Below are positions 37,277 to 51,293 of a stretch of 64,000 nucleotides of DNA, piece by piece. The stretch is taken from NCBI RefSeq assembly GCF_009914755.1, contig NC_060940.1, one strand, 5' to 3'. The translations under genes were made by a program, and so were the position numbers. The notes below the pieces were generated by a model. It ran no database searches and was not told the DNA's origin. It was given only the letters and a program-made list of their open reading frames with translations. Every line of letters begins with the position of its first letter. Within the stretch, counting starts at the first letter, position 1. The stretch comes from the human T2T-CHM13v2.0 reference genome, Homo sapiens.

Positions 37277-37431
37277 CGCCCAGCTAATATATATATATAT
37301 TTTTTGTATTTTTAGTAGAGACGGGGTTTTACCACATTAGCCAGGATGGTCTCGATCTCCTGACCTCATGATCCGCCCGCCTTGGCCTCCCAAAGTGCTG
37401 GGATTACAGGCGTGAGCCACCACGCCTGGCC
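37277..37431 (-). mobile_element. AluY left arm plus linker only (3'-truncated, no poly-A)
   Basis: ttagccaggatggtctcgatctcctgacctc.tgatccgcccgcc (Y-type); flanked by aaaaattcaa 37267-37276 / 37432-37441. Confidence 0.9.
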
Positions 37432-37862
37432 AAAAATTCAAAATATGTATATATATTTTAGAAACATCACAAAATTCAATGATAAGAAAATAAGCCATCC
37501 AATAAAAAACCGGTAAACATATTTGAACATTCATTAATCAAAGAAAATATAAAAATTGCATATAAGCACACAGAAAGATTCTGAAAGTCATGAGTCATAG
37601 GAAAATGCAATCAGATGTCACAATGAGATACAGCTACCAACCAATCAGCATGGCTAAAAAAATTGACAATACCCAGTGCTGGTGAAGTGAGGAGCATATG
37701 GAATGCTCATGTATTGCTGGTAGGAAAATAAAATAGTAAGGCCACTTTGCAAAAGGATTTACACGTTTCTTATAAAATTAATCATATACCTACTGGTCAG
37801 TAGTCCATTCCTATGAATTTACTAAGTAAAATGAAAACTTATGTTTTTTTAAAAAAAACCTC

Positions 37863-38145
<283 letters not shown>

Positions 38146-39799
38146 ACTCTATGAGAATGTTTATGATGCCTTTCTTTGTAATTTCCCACACTGAAAATAA
38201 CTCATGTCCTTCAACAGATGAATGCATAAATAAACTGTAGTCAATTCCCTCCAATGGAATACTACTCAGTAATAAAAAGGAATGAACTGTACACATAACA
38301 GCACAGATAAATCTCAAATTCGTTATGCCAAGTGAAAGAAGACAAAATTAAAGGCTGCATTCTATATGACTCCATGTATATATAATTCCAGAAAATGCTT
38401 AATTATAAAGACTTGTGTTTGCCAGGGGCTGTGGGCTGGGGAAGAAGCTGACAAGGAAGACACACAGGGAAATTTGGGGGAAGATATGAAATTTTGTGTA
38501 TTTTGATTGTAGTAGTGATTACATAGCTGTGTACATTTATCCACACTCAAAGAACTACACACTAAATAGGTTGAATTCTACAGTATGTAATTATACATTA
38601 ATAAAAAAATGAAAATAATGCTGGGCATTGTCCTGTAAGTCTAACTAACTAAATATTCAACCATCCTATGCTGTAAAGACCATAGCTGTTCCCAGTTTTT
38701 TTTTTTATATTTAGTCAAATTGCCTACAAGAAGAAACTGAGGCAAAGGGAAGTCTTTCCCTGGATCATCAGCCATTAAGTAGGACATGGGCGTCATGCCT
38801 TTGTTCTTCACCTCAAGGATTTGCCATCAGACAGATTCATGTCAGTCTGTTGCAGCCACTATTTTACAGAGACAATAAATTCCTAAGGACCAGAATGCCA
38901 CAGCCTCTATCCAAGGCGTCATCTTTTATTTACTATGATGCCTAAGTAGTTACCATATCAAAAATGGGCAGAGGTGTGAGAAGAATAGATGAAGTTTGAA
39001 GAACTTTAATTCCAAACTATGGAAAAAAATGATGACATGAATTCTGATAAAGTAGAAAATCTTTCTTAATTATTGTATTGCTTTTGCCACCCAAATCTAA
39101 TGGTGAACACTGCTAAATTCACACTGTTCAGTTTTGTTGAGCTCCTTTTTTCTTCTATGTTGAAGACAACTGATTAATGGCTATAAATAAGAATATGTAT
39201 ATGGATATAAATAACTCGTATTTATCCCACTGTTTAAAGTATACCAAATCCCTCTTAGAAGTCCGGGGAAATGATCTCCTCTATCTATGCATATAAATTT
39301 ACATAATTTTATGCATATAGCTTTCTTAAGATTCAAACCCAGAAAATTGCAGACAGTCTCACCAAGGGAGGTGTTCACCCTTAAGTTCTCTCCAATGAAT
39401 ACTGTCCCATTAATTTGAGATCTGGTTCATCCATTAGCAATCACAGTTTCGAGAGCTGGCAGAACACAGAACCCTAAGGTTGTATTATACACAAAGGGAT
39501 GATTTCATTTTATCTTCCAGAATACAGATTCAAAAAATATCAAACTATTTATTTTTACATCAATATAAAAATCATCCAAATAGTTACTTCATGGAGGTTG
39601 GCATACCAATTTATTTAAAAGAGCACTGTCATCTCCTTTTCAAATTCTAGAAACCTCTCACCTTATTTGAGAATTTAAAAGATAACTGCCAATTTGGGGA
39701 GAAATGGACTCTGCATATAGCCAAATAGAAGGTGAATTATTTGTCGAATAACTGCCTGTTTTCATATAGATATAAAAAAGTTGTACAGATAAAAAATAT

Positions 39800-40520
39800 T
39801 CATTGTTTTATCTACACAGAATACAAAAAAATCTATAATCTTACACCACAGACAGAACATATTTTACAAAATTAAGATCATAGAACACATAATATATCCC
39901 AGCTTACATTCAGATTATTTTGCTTAATAGAATACCATATGCGTTGTCTTGTGTCATTAAATATTCTTCTGCAACGTGATTTTAATGGCCTTATAATCTT
40001 TCATTGTATGACCACATCATAATTTATTTTGCAAATCTTCTATTGTGAATACTTATGTCTTTGTAATTTATCACTATTATAAATAATGTCGTGGTAACAG
40101 CCTGTGTGCATTTCTGAGTATTTCCTTTGGATAAATTCCTGGAAGTAGAATTACTAGGGGAGAGGATATAAACACTTTTATGAACCTTTGGATACATCTT
40201 GCCAAATTACTCTCAAGAAAGGATAAAACAATTTATTCTCCTACCATCGGTGACTTTATTATCCCACCACACCCTTGACAACAGGAGATTTTCCATATGT
40301 AATTTTATTCTTTGTCAATTTGATAGATGAATAATAGCATTTCATTGTTGTTTTAATTTGCATCTATTTGATTACAAAATAGGCTGATTCTATTAGGTCT
40401 ATAGTATCCACATGTATGCTTGTGAATTTCAATTCATGTCTCTTGAGTCTTTTTTTGTTAGATGTTCCTCTTTTTTATTGATCCACTGAGGTTATTTAAA
40501 TATTAAATATATTAGCTTTG
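39800..40520 (-). mobile_element. L1ME fragment
   Basis: tatttcctttggataaattcctggaagtagaattactagg...ttgttttaatttgcat. Confidence 0.75.
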
Positions 40521-40852
40521 GAAGAAAAGCTGGTGATAAGAATGTGCATAGAAAACATTCTGATAGCATAAACCCCCGACGATTAATGCTGGCTATTTTA
40601 TCTCTGGGGATGAGGATAAGTGGCAAGAAAGAAATGATGGTTATTCTCAGTTGACCGTTTCAACCTGACCCATTCTCCAGCCTTTCCTGTTCTCTATGCC
40701 CCAGGAGGCTGATCCCTATGCATTAAATTGCTAAGGCCCCTCTTGCCCTGTATTTTCCTGTTGGTTTCGCCTAATGGGCATCCATGACAATAGATGAGAG
40801 GGCAAGAAGAGAGAGAGGAGGGGTATTTATATTCTCTCGCACTCTCTGCATG

Positions 40853-40875
40853 TTCTTTCTTTCTTTTTCTCTCTC

Positions 40876-40935
<60 letters not shown>

Positions 40936-40955
40936 TTTCTCTCTTTCTTTCTTTC
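40853..40955. repeat. (TTTC)n STR derived from the Alu A-tail
   Basis: About 13 perfect TTTC units in a CT-rich tract inside the Alu TSD. Confidence 0.95.
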
Positions 40956-40956
40956 C

Positions 40957-41246
<290 letters not shown>

Positions 41247-41599
41247 CTCTGCCTGTTTTTCTAGGATTCTGGTCTATCCTGCATTCCTCTGTGCTCATAG
41301 CTTCTGTCAGATGTGGATCCAACTGTTGGTCTAGAAACTCACCTCCTTTCTTATGGCCACTGTCAACCTGGGTGACACCAACTTCCGGCTGCTGCTGGTC
41401 CTTAGTATGCCACCATCCTCTGTTGATTCCCTTCTTGGTGCCAACATCTCTGCATATTGCACCTTTATTTAGCTTTCTGTTTAAAGTGTGTCCATTGAGT
41501 GTCTCACCTGCTTCTGGCAGGACCCTCTCACACAGCAGGTGATTAATTTTTCACCTTAAATATTCCTGTAGTGTTTGTTGATTTCATTTTTTTCACAAT

Positions 41600-42100
41600 A
41601 ATTGTGTAGGAATTTTGCAATTAATTGTGGTTTCCCTGGCCACTGAGATTTGTTCTTCTGTCATTTGATAAACACTGTTCATTTTTCTATTGAGTTATTG
41701 GCCTCTTTATCATCAGTTTGTAAGAGTTCATTGGCTATTACTGATTTTTAGCCATTGCATATTATCTACACTATAAATATAAATGTTCCCCCAAGCCTAA
41801 CATTTATATTTTGATTTCGTTTAAAATATGTTTGGACATACAAACATAAAATTATATTTAGTCAAATTGCCTACATATTCTTCTGTAGCCTCTGGGTATG
41901 CTGTCCTGATTAATAAACTTCATTATCCTAAATATATACAGCCTAAATATATATAGTTTCCTTCTCGTTGATGCACATTTAGGCTATTTCCAATTTTTGG
42001 TTATTTTGAATAATGTTACGAATACTTGTGTGCAACTCTTTGTGTGAATATAAAGTTATTCTTTTATGTAATGTAAGGTAAAAGTCATTCGTAGTCAGGA
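41600..42100 (-). mobile_element. L1ME fragments
   Basis: catttttctattgagttattg...gttgatgcacatttaggctatttccaattttt. Confidence 0.65.
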
Positions 42101-42122
42101 AAATGAAACTAATGCAGCAATT

Positions 42123-45100
42123 GGAGGAGAAGCAAGATGGCAGAATAGATGGCTCCACCAATTGTCCCCCCAATAAGGACCCCAATTCAACAACTATCTA
42201 CAAAGAAAAATCACCTTCATAAGAACCCCAAATCAGGCAAGTCTTCATCGTATCTGGTTTTAACTATGTATGGCTGAAAGAGGCACTGAAGAGATAGAAA
42301 AAACAGTCTTGAATCACAGATACCACCTTTCACCCACAGCAGCAACAGCGTGGTGCAGAGAGCATCTCTGGGTGCTGGGGCAAGAAGAACACAGCAATTG
42401 TAAGGCACTGAACTCAGTGCTGTCCTGTTAGAGCAGAAAGGAGAACTGGACCAGACTCAACTGAGGCCCGCCCACGGAGGGAGCATTTAAACCAGTCCTA
42501 GCCAGAGGGGAATCACCCATCCCAGGGATTAGAATGTCACTTCCTGCAAACCTCACCACTGTAGGCTATAGCACTCTGTGTCTCTAAGCAAACCTGAAAG
42601 ACAGTCTAGGTCATAAGGACTACAAATCTAAGGTGAGTCCTAGGGCTGAACTGGGCTCAAAGAAAGTGGAGTGGGGGAGCATGCAACCTACTGAGACAGC
42701 AGCTGGGGTGGTTAAGGGAGTGCTGGCATCACCCCTCCCCTAACCCCAGGCTGCACAGCTTGCAGTTCTAAAAGAGACCCCTTCCTTCCACTTGAGAAGA
42801 AGAGAGGGAAGAGTGGGGGAAATAATTTGTTTTGCATCTTAGATACCAGCTCAGCCACAGCAGGATAGGGCACTGGTCAGAGTTGTGAGGTCCCTGTTCT
42901 ATGCCCTAGCTCCTGGACTACATTTCTGGACACACTCTGGGCCAGAAGAAAACCCACTGCCTTGAAGGGAAGGCCCCAGTCCTGGCAGCATTTATCACCT
43001 GCTGACTGAAGAGCCCTTGGTCCCTGAAAAACCATCAGTGACACCCAGGTACTACATCAAGGGCCTTGGGTGAGTCTCTGAGACTTTCTGGCTTCAGGTG
43101 AGATTCAGCACATTACTAGCAGTAGTGGCTATTGGCCAAAATCCTATTTGAGAAAAATGGAGGAAAAAGTAAAGGGAACTTGGTCTTTACCTTTAGGTAC
43201 CAGCATGGCCACAGTGGGGTAGAACACCAAGCAGGCTTCTGGAGTGCCTGATTATAGGACTTGACTTAGATGGCATCTCTAAGTGCCATCTAAGTGCATC
43301 CTGGAAGGGAGCCCACTGCCTTGAAAGGTGAGTCCCAGCCAGGTAGCATTCTTCACAAGTTGTCTTAAGAGCCCTTATGCCTTAAGGGAACGTCAGCGGT
43401 AGTCTGGCAGAACTCCCCAGGGCCTGTGGTGGCAGTGGCTACGGGGTAGGCTCCTCTGCCTTTCGAAAGGGAAGCGAAGAGTGGGAACAATTGTATCTTG
43501 TGTGTTGAGTGCCAGCTCAGCTGCGGTATAGTAGAACACAAGGTAGACTTCTAAGGATTTTGACTCTAGTCTCTGACTCCTGGGTGGCACCTCTGGACCA
43601 CCTGGGCCTGAGGGAACTTGGCACTCTGAAGGGAAGGATGCATGCCTGTCTGGCTTTGCCACCTGCTGATTATAGAGATCCAGGGCCTGGAGCAAACATA
43701 GGTAGTTGCCAGGGAGTGGTTATAGCAGGCCTTGGGTGAGACCTAGTGCTGTGCTGGCTTCAGGTCTGACTCAGCACAGTCATAGTGGTGGTGGCCACAG
43801 GGGTGCTTGTGTCACTCCATCCCCAGCTTTAGGTGGCTCAGAACAGAGAGAGAGACTTTGTTTGTTTGGGAGAAAGTAAGGGAAGAGAACAAGAGTCTCG
43901 GCCTGGTAATCCAGAGAATTATCCTGGATCTTGCCGAAGACCATCAAGGTGTTACCTCTAAGAATCTGCAAAAACCACAGCATTATTGGGGTTGAGGGTG
44001 CCCATGAAGCAGTTACAGCTTAGATCACAGCACCCAAGTCTTTTCAAATATCTGGAAAGCCTTCCCAAGAAGGACAGGCACAAACAAGCTTAGATAGTAA
44101 AGACTATAATAAATATCAAACTCATCAATGCCCAGACAGCAAAGAACATCTACTAGCATCAACACCATCCAGGAAAACTTGACTTCTCAAATGAACTAAA
44201 TAAGCCACCATGGACCAATCCTGGAGAAACAGAGATATGTGACCTTTCAGAGAGAGAATTCAAAATAGCTGTGTTGGGGAAACTCAAAGAAATTAAAGAT
44301 AACACAGAGAAGGAATTCAGAATTGTATAAGCTAAATTTAACAAAGAGATTGAAATAATTAAAAAGAAGCAAGCAGAAATTCTGGAGCTGAAAGATGCAA
44401 TTGGCATAACGGAGAATGCATTTGAGTCTTTTAATAGCAGAATTGATCAAGCAGAAGAAAGAGTTAGTGAGCCTGAAGAGAGGCTATTTTAAAATACACA
44501 TTCAGAGGAGACAAAAGAAAAAAGAATAAAAAACAGTGAAGCACACCTACTGGATCTAGAAAACAGCCTCGAATTTGTTCAAGAGCATTGAACAGATCTT
44601 CCAGACAAAGAGACTGCAGCCTTAATCAGAACTATAGACCAAGTGGATCCAATAGATAGTTACAGAACATTTTATCCAAGAGTTGCAGAATACATATTCT
44701 TTTCCTCAGTACATGGATCATTCTCAAGGATAGACTATGTTAGGTCACAAAATAAGTTTTAAAACATTCAAAATAATTGAAATAATATCAAGCATATTCT
44801 CTGACCACAATGTAATAAAACTAGAAATTAACAACAAGAGGAATTTAGAAAACTATACAAATACATGGAACTTAAACAATATGCTCCTGAATGACCAGTG
44901 GGTCAATGAAGAAATTAAGACAGAAATTGAAAAATTTCTTGAAAGAAATCATAATGAAAATAGAACTTATCAAAACCTATGGGATACAGTAAAACCAGTA
45001 CTAACAGGGAAGAGTATAGCTATAAGGGTCTACGTCGAAAAAGAGAAAAAACTTTCAAATAAACAATGTAACAGTGCATTTTAAAAAACTAGAAAAGCAA

Positions 45101-48100
45101 AAGCAAAACAAACCAACCAAAATTAGTAGAAAATAATAATAATAAAGATAAGAGCAGAAATAAATGAATTTAAAACAAAAAACACAGAAGATCAATGAAA
45201 CAAAAGTTGTTTTTTAAAAAAGTTAAACAAAATTGGAAAACCTTTAGCCATCTTAAGAGAAAAAGAGAAGATACAAATAAATAAAATCGGAAATGAAAAA
45301 GGAGACATTACCACTAATACTGCAGAAATTCAAAGGGTCATTAGCATTAGTGGCTACCATGAGCAACTATATACCAATAAGTTGGACAATCTAGAAGAAA
45401 TGAACACATTTCTAGACACATACAAGCTATGAAGATTGAACCAGGAAGAAATAAAAAACCTGTACAGACTGATAACAAGATTGAAGCCATAATAAAAAGT
45501 GCCCCAATAAAGAAAAGTCCAGGACCCTAAGTCTTTAAACATTTAAAGAAGAACTAATACCAATCCTACTCAACCTATTCTGAAACGATAGAGGAGAAGG
45601 AAATACTTTCAAACTCATTCTACACAGCTAGTATTACCCTGATACCAAAACTAAAGATGCATCAAAAAAAAAAAAAAAGAAAACTACTGACCAATGTCTT
45701 TCATGAATATTAGTGCAAAAATCCTCAATGAAATACTAGCAAAACAAATTCAGCAATACATTAGAAATATCATTCATCATAACCAAGTGGGATTTATTCC
45801 CGGGATGCAAGGATGGTTCAACATATGCAAATCAATCAGTGTGATACATCACAGCAACAGAATGAAGGATAAAATTCATATCATCATTTCAATTGATGCC
45901 AAAAAGGCATTTGATAAAATTCAACATCCCTTCATGATGAAAACCCTAAAAAGGTTATGGAAGGAACATAGCTCAATCTAATAAAAGCCATATATGACAG
46001 ACCCACATCTAGTATTATACTGAATGGGGGAATCCAAAAGCCTTTCCTCTAAGATCTAGAACACAACAAGGATGTCCACTTTCACCACGTTATTCAACAT
46101 AGTACTGGAAGTGCTAGCTAGGGCAATCAGAGAACAGAAAGAAATAAAGGGCATCCAAATTGGAATGGAAAGGTGAAATTATTCTGGTTTTCAGATGACA
46201 TGATCTTATATTTGGAAAAACCCACAGACTCCACACAAAAAACTATTAGAACTGATACATTTAGTAAAGTTGCAGGATACAAAATCAACTCACAAAAAAT
46301 CAGTAGCATATATGCCAACAGTGAGCAATCTAAAAAATAGATGAGAAAGTAATTCCATTTATAAAAGCCACAAATAAAATTAAATATCTAGGAATTCATG
46401 TAACCAAAGAAACAAACAAAAAAACCTCTATAATGAAAATGACAAAACACTGATGAAATTGAAGAGGACACCAAAAAAAATGGAAAAAATATTCCATGTT
46501 TGTGGAATAGAAGAACTGATATTGTTAAAATATATATATTCCCCAAACCAATCCACAGATTCAATGTAATCTCTATCAAAGTACTAATGACATTCTTCAT
46601 AGAAATTTTAAAAAAATTCTAAAATTTATATGAAACCACAAAAGACCCAGAATAGCCAAAGCTATCCTGAGCAAAAAGAACAAAACTGGAAGAATCACAT
46701 TACCTGACTTCAAATTATACTGCAGAGCTGTACTTACCAAAATAGCATGGTACTGGCATGAAAACAGACACATAGACCAATGGAACAGCATAGAGAAACA
46801 AGAAACAAATCCACACACCTACAGTGAACTCATTTTCAACAAAGGTGCCAAGAACATACACAGGGGCAAGGACAGTCTCTTCAATAAATGGTGCTGAGGA
46901 AACTGAATATCCATATCCCTGTCTCTCACCATATACAAAATTAAAATCAAAACGGATTAAAGACTTAAAGCTAAGACCTCAAATTATGAAACTACTGCAA
47001 GAAAACACTGGGGAAAATCTCCTGGACACTGGTCTGAGCAAAAACTTTTGAGCAACACCCCACATGCAACCAAAGCAAAAATGAACAAATTGGATCACAT
47101 CAAGTTAGAAAGCTTCTACACAGAAAAGAAAACAATCAACACAGTGAAGAGGCAACCCCCAAAAAGGGAGAAAATATTTACAAATTACCTTTCTGACTAG
47201 GGATTAATAACTTGAATTTATAAGGAACTTGAAAAACTCTATAGGAAAAAAAATCCTATAATCCAATAAAAAATGGGCAAAATATTGGAATAAACATTTT
47301 TCAAAAGAAGACATGCAAATGGCAAACAGGCATATCTGATTATCAACATCATTGATCATCAGGGAAATGCAAATCAAAACTATAATGAGATATCATCTCA
47401 CCCCGGTTAAAATGGCTCATCCAAAAAACAGAAATAACAAATGCTGGCAAAGATGTGGAGAAAAAGGTACTCTTGTACACTGTTGGTGGGAATGTAAATT
47501 AGTACAACCACTATGGAGAATAGTTTGGAGGTTCCTCAGAAAACTAAAAATAGAGCTACCATATTATCCAGCAATCCCACTGCTGGGTATATACCCCAAA
47601 GAAAGAAAATCAGTATATCAAAGAGATATCTGCACTTTCCTGTTTGTTGCAGCACCGTTTACGATAGCTAAGATTTGGAAGCAACCTACACGTCCATCAA
47701 CAGATAAATGGTTAAGGAAAATGTGGTACGTATATGCAATGGAATACTATTCAGCCATAAAAAGGAAGGGAATCCTGTCATTTGCAACAATGTGAATGGA
47801 ACTGGAGATCATTATGTTAAGTGAAATAAGCCAGGCACAGAAAAACAAGCATCACATGTTTTTAATTATTTGTTGGATCTAAAATTTAAAACAATTGCCC
47901 GGACATAGAGAGGAGAAGGAGGCTGGGAAGAGTAGTGAGAGGTTTGGAGGGAGGTGGGGATGGTTAATGGCCACAAAAAAAAATAGAAAGAATGAATAAA
48001 AGATTGACTGCACAACAGAGTGACTATAGTCACAAATAACTTAATTGTGCATTTTAAAATAACTAAAAGAGTATAATTGGATTGTTTGTAACACAAAATA

Positions 48101-48245
48101 TAAATATTTGAGGGTATGGATACGCTATTCTTTATGATGTGATTATTTCACATTGCATGCCTGCATCAAAACATCTCTTGTACCTCACAAATATGTACCT
48201 ACTATGTATCCACAAAAATTTTAACATCAAAAATAGAAAAAAAAA
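42123..48245 (+). mobile_element. Near full-length L1MA1/2 with a large ORF1-EN deletion, dead
   Basis: 5'UTR agcaagatggcagaatag...; ORF1 ATG about 44128 to about 44570; ORF2 remnants 44737-45084, 45694-45981 ([14 protein letters not shown]), 47352-47795; L1MA-type 3'UTR and A tail. Confidence 0.95.
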
Positions 48246-48259
48246 CGCAGTGACAAAAT

Positions 48260-50110
48260 ATGACTTTAATTTCAAGAGTTTGGAGAAAATTGAAAATTAT
48301 AAAACTTATTCCTGGTGGGCATAATGGGAAAAATGTTGTCTCAAAAGTTACTGGAGAAAGTATAAATTTTTATAGTCTTTTTGGAAAGCAAAATGGCAAC
48401 AGCTCTTAAAATTAAAAGTACACATGCTGTTCAACCCAGCAATTCCACTTCTGGGAATCCAACCCATAGTAATAAAAGCATCAATATAGTAGGAGACATA
48501 TACCAGGATGTTCGTTGCAACATTGCTTGTAATAGCAAAAATAAATGCCGATGACAAAGACAGGCTTGAAAAATCCATGTAATGGAATAGTTTGAAGCCA
48601 CTTTAAAGAATGAATTATAGCTGTAACAGTTAGAAGGATTTCTATGAGGTATTGTTGAATAAGAAAAGAAAGGTAAAGAAATATATTTGATATACCATTT
48701 TTGTTAAGCTAACAATGATAAAAATGTGTATCTATGCACAGGTATGCATAAATTTGCAAATAGTTACATGATAATGAAGAAAAGCAGAGAAGAACTTACA
48801 ACCATTTTGTTAGCACAGTTAATTGGTTATTGGATTTGGAAGTGGGGCAAGAAAAACACTGTAATAGAAAAATAAAACTCACCACCTGTGATATGATCCC
48901 TTATTTGTTTATTATAGTAAAATAAAAGTCTTCATCTACTCACAACACTTCTGACACTAAATGTGTGGGTTTTCTACACCAGGCAATTTAATTCTCTGCA
49001 AACACCAACTGGATGTCCTACAATTAAATTCAATTTGACATCAATTACCTGAGTTAGCACAGACCCTGCAAATTAAAGGCTCAATCTCACAAGGCTGCCC
49101 CCGACCTCAGATACCAATTTCAAGTAGTGTGTCCCCAGGATATCCACACGTCTGTCTGACTTGGCTACAAATTGTGGGTTCCCCATGACCCTCTTCTCGG
49201 GCTTGATAATTTGCTATAACACCTCACAGAACCCAGGGAAAACAGCTTACTATTAGCAGTTTATTATTAAAATTATTATACAGAATACAAATGAAGTCAG
49301 ATGAAGAGGTACACAGAGCAAGGTCTGGAAGGGTCTCAAGCTCAGGAGCTTCTGTCTCCCTAGAGTTATGTACATGCCACCCTCATGGCATGGGGATGTG
49401 TTGACCAATCTGAAAGCTCCTGAACTCTGTAGTTTACGGTTTTTGCACAGGTTCCATTATGTAGGCATGATTTATTAAACCATTGGCCACTGGTGACTGA
49501 ACTCAATCTCCAGCCTCCCTCCCCTCAGAAGTCAAGGGATGGGGCTGAAAGTTCTAACCCTCTGATCACATGGTTGGTTCTCCCCATGACCAGCCCCCAT
49601 TCTCCATGAGCCAACTCATTAGCATAAACTTGGGTTTATTATGAAAGGGGCTCATTATGAGTAACCAAAAATGCTCCTTTCACCCCTGTTACTCAGGAAA
49701 TTACAAGAGTTTCAGAAGCTCCATGCCAGGAGCTTCTATATATGAAGAATATATTCCTTTCTTCTATGGGGAGAAAAACAAAATACATACTCATTATATC
49801 ACAATGGAAATATGCATATGTACCTATAAATAAATTAGAAAAAGGACTAGATTTGTATCTATTGACTTGTAGAGATACCATGATAGACTGTCAAGCACAA
49901 AGGCCATGTTGCCTAGTAATATGTAAATGAGTAGCAAAGAAAACCCTATATATGCATACAGATACATAGGCTGATGTACGGTTATATGACTTAGAAGAAA
50001 AATTACAAACATCCTAGATTGTTCATTTTAGGAGAAGTGAAGGTAAGAAGGAGAAAAGGTGGGTAACGTACCAGGGTAATCGTGGTGTTGTATATACAGA
50101 GCTTTCTATT
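48260..50110 (+). mobile_element. L1ME fragments split by MER21
   Basis: acccagcaattccacttctgggaat...ggatgttcgttgcaacattgcttgtaatagcaaaa. Confidence 0.6.
48913..49803 (-). mobile_element. MER21-family LTR
   Basis: ctactcacaacacttctgacac.aaatgtgtggg...gagttagcacagaccc...cagatgaagaggtaca.ag.gcaaggtctggaaggg...tattatatcaca-like end. Confidence 0.85.
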
Positions 50111-50271
50111 CTGTAGTATTTCAAGCAAAGTATTTTTGTCATCTGAAAAATAAAATTAAAAAAATAGGAAATAGAAAGAAGAGAGAAACCCTATGATAGG
50201 TCAATTCCAAAGGGTTTAGGGAGGTAGATATGAACACTGCCTGGGAAAAATAGGAAAGACCTAACAAGAGA

Positions 50272-51082
50272 GTTAGTTTGGATGTTGTCCCTGTCCAAAT
50301 CTCAAGTAGAAATGTAATTCCCAGTGTTGGAGATGGGGCCTGGTGGGAGCTGATTGAAGCATGGGGGTGGATTTCCATAATGGTTTAGCACCATCCCTCT
50401 TGCTACTGTCCTCATGATAGTGAGTTCTCCTGAGATTTGGTCTTTTAAGTCTGTAGCAGCCTCTTCCTAGCTCTCTTGCTCCTGCTCCGGCCCTGTGAAA
50501 TGCCTTCTCCCCCTTTACCTTTCTCCATGATTGTAACTTTCCCAAGGCATTCCCAGAAGCTGAGCAGATGCCAACATCATGCTTCCTGTACAGCCTCAGA
50601 ACTGTGAACCAATTAAACCTCTTTTCTTTATAAATTACCCAGTCTAAGGCTAACTAATTTAGCATATCCGCATTTCTGCTCATGCCAGTCCATCCTATTG
50701 AATCTGTCTTTCTTCCTTCACTTCCTTCTCCAAAAATTATTTAAGTTCTGTATCCTAGGCACTGAGTTTGAAATATGAACCAGAATGTAATTTGTGATTT
50801 TGAGAGATTCACAAGTGGAACAAGTGGAACAGATAGACAGAATATTAGGGCATTGTAATATAGTGTTATAAGCACCTTAGGCTCAGAACCCAGAAAAGGA
50901 ATCTTCAACTCTGCCCTAGGATGGGCAGAGAAAGAAGGCTTTCCTGAGGAGGTGAAATGTGAGGCGGATCTTCACAGATGAGAGGGAGGAGAAAAAGAAT
51001 TCCAGGCTATTCCTTTATAGGGCTTCTCCCCTTTTTCCATTCCAGGTATTTCTTTATAGCAATATGGGAATGGCCTAATATA
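50272..51082 (+). mobile_element. MSTA solo LTR (50272-50649 and about 51043-51082) interrupted by a foreign segment
   Basis: agtttggat...aaatctca..tgtaattcccagtgttgg...attaaacctcttttctttataaattacccagtct | caggtatttctttatagcaat...gcctaatata. Confidence 0.9.
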
Positions 51083-51293
51083 GGAGGCTATCTGAAACAG
51101 AGCTTGGAAGGACAGAAAACATTCCTCAGGTAGAGAAGTAAGTAAGTCATTCCAAGAAAAGCAAACAGCATGTGCAAAGACACAAAGATATGAAAAAAAA
51201 GTGTCTTAAAATTAAATGAGACTGGAGAGAAAAAAAAGTAATTTGGGACTGTTTCATGGCATACTGAGAAGCTTGGGTTTTTATACAGCATCT

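Noticed and set aside
44737-47795. ORF2p-like ORFs (115, 95, 75, 147 aa)
   Set aside because: Fragments of a dead L1MA with frameshifts, stops and a large deletion; not a functional gene
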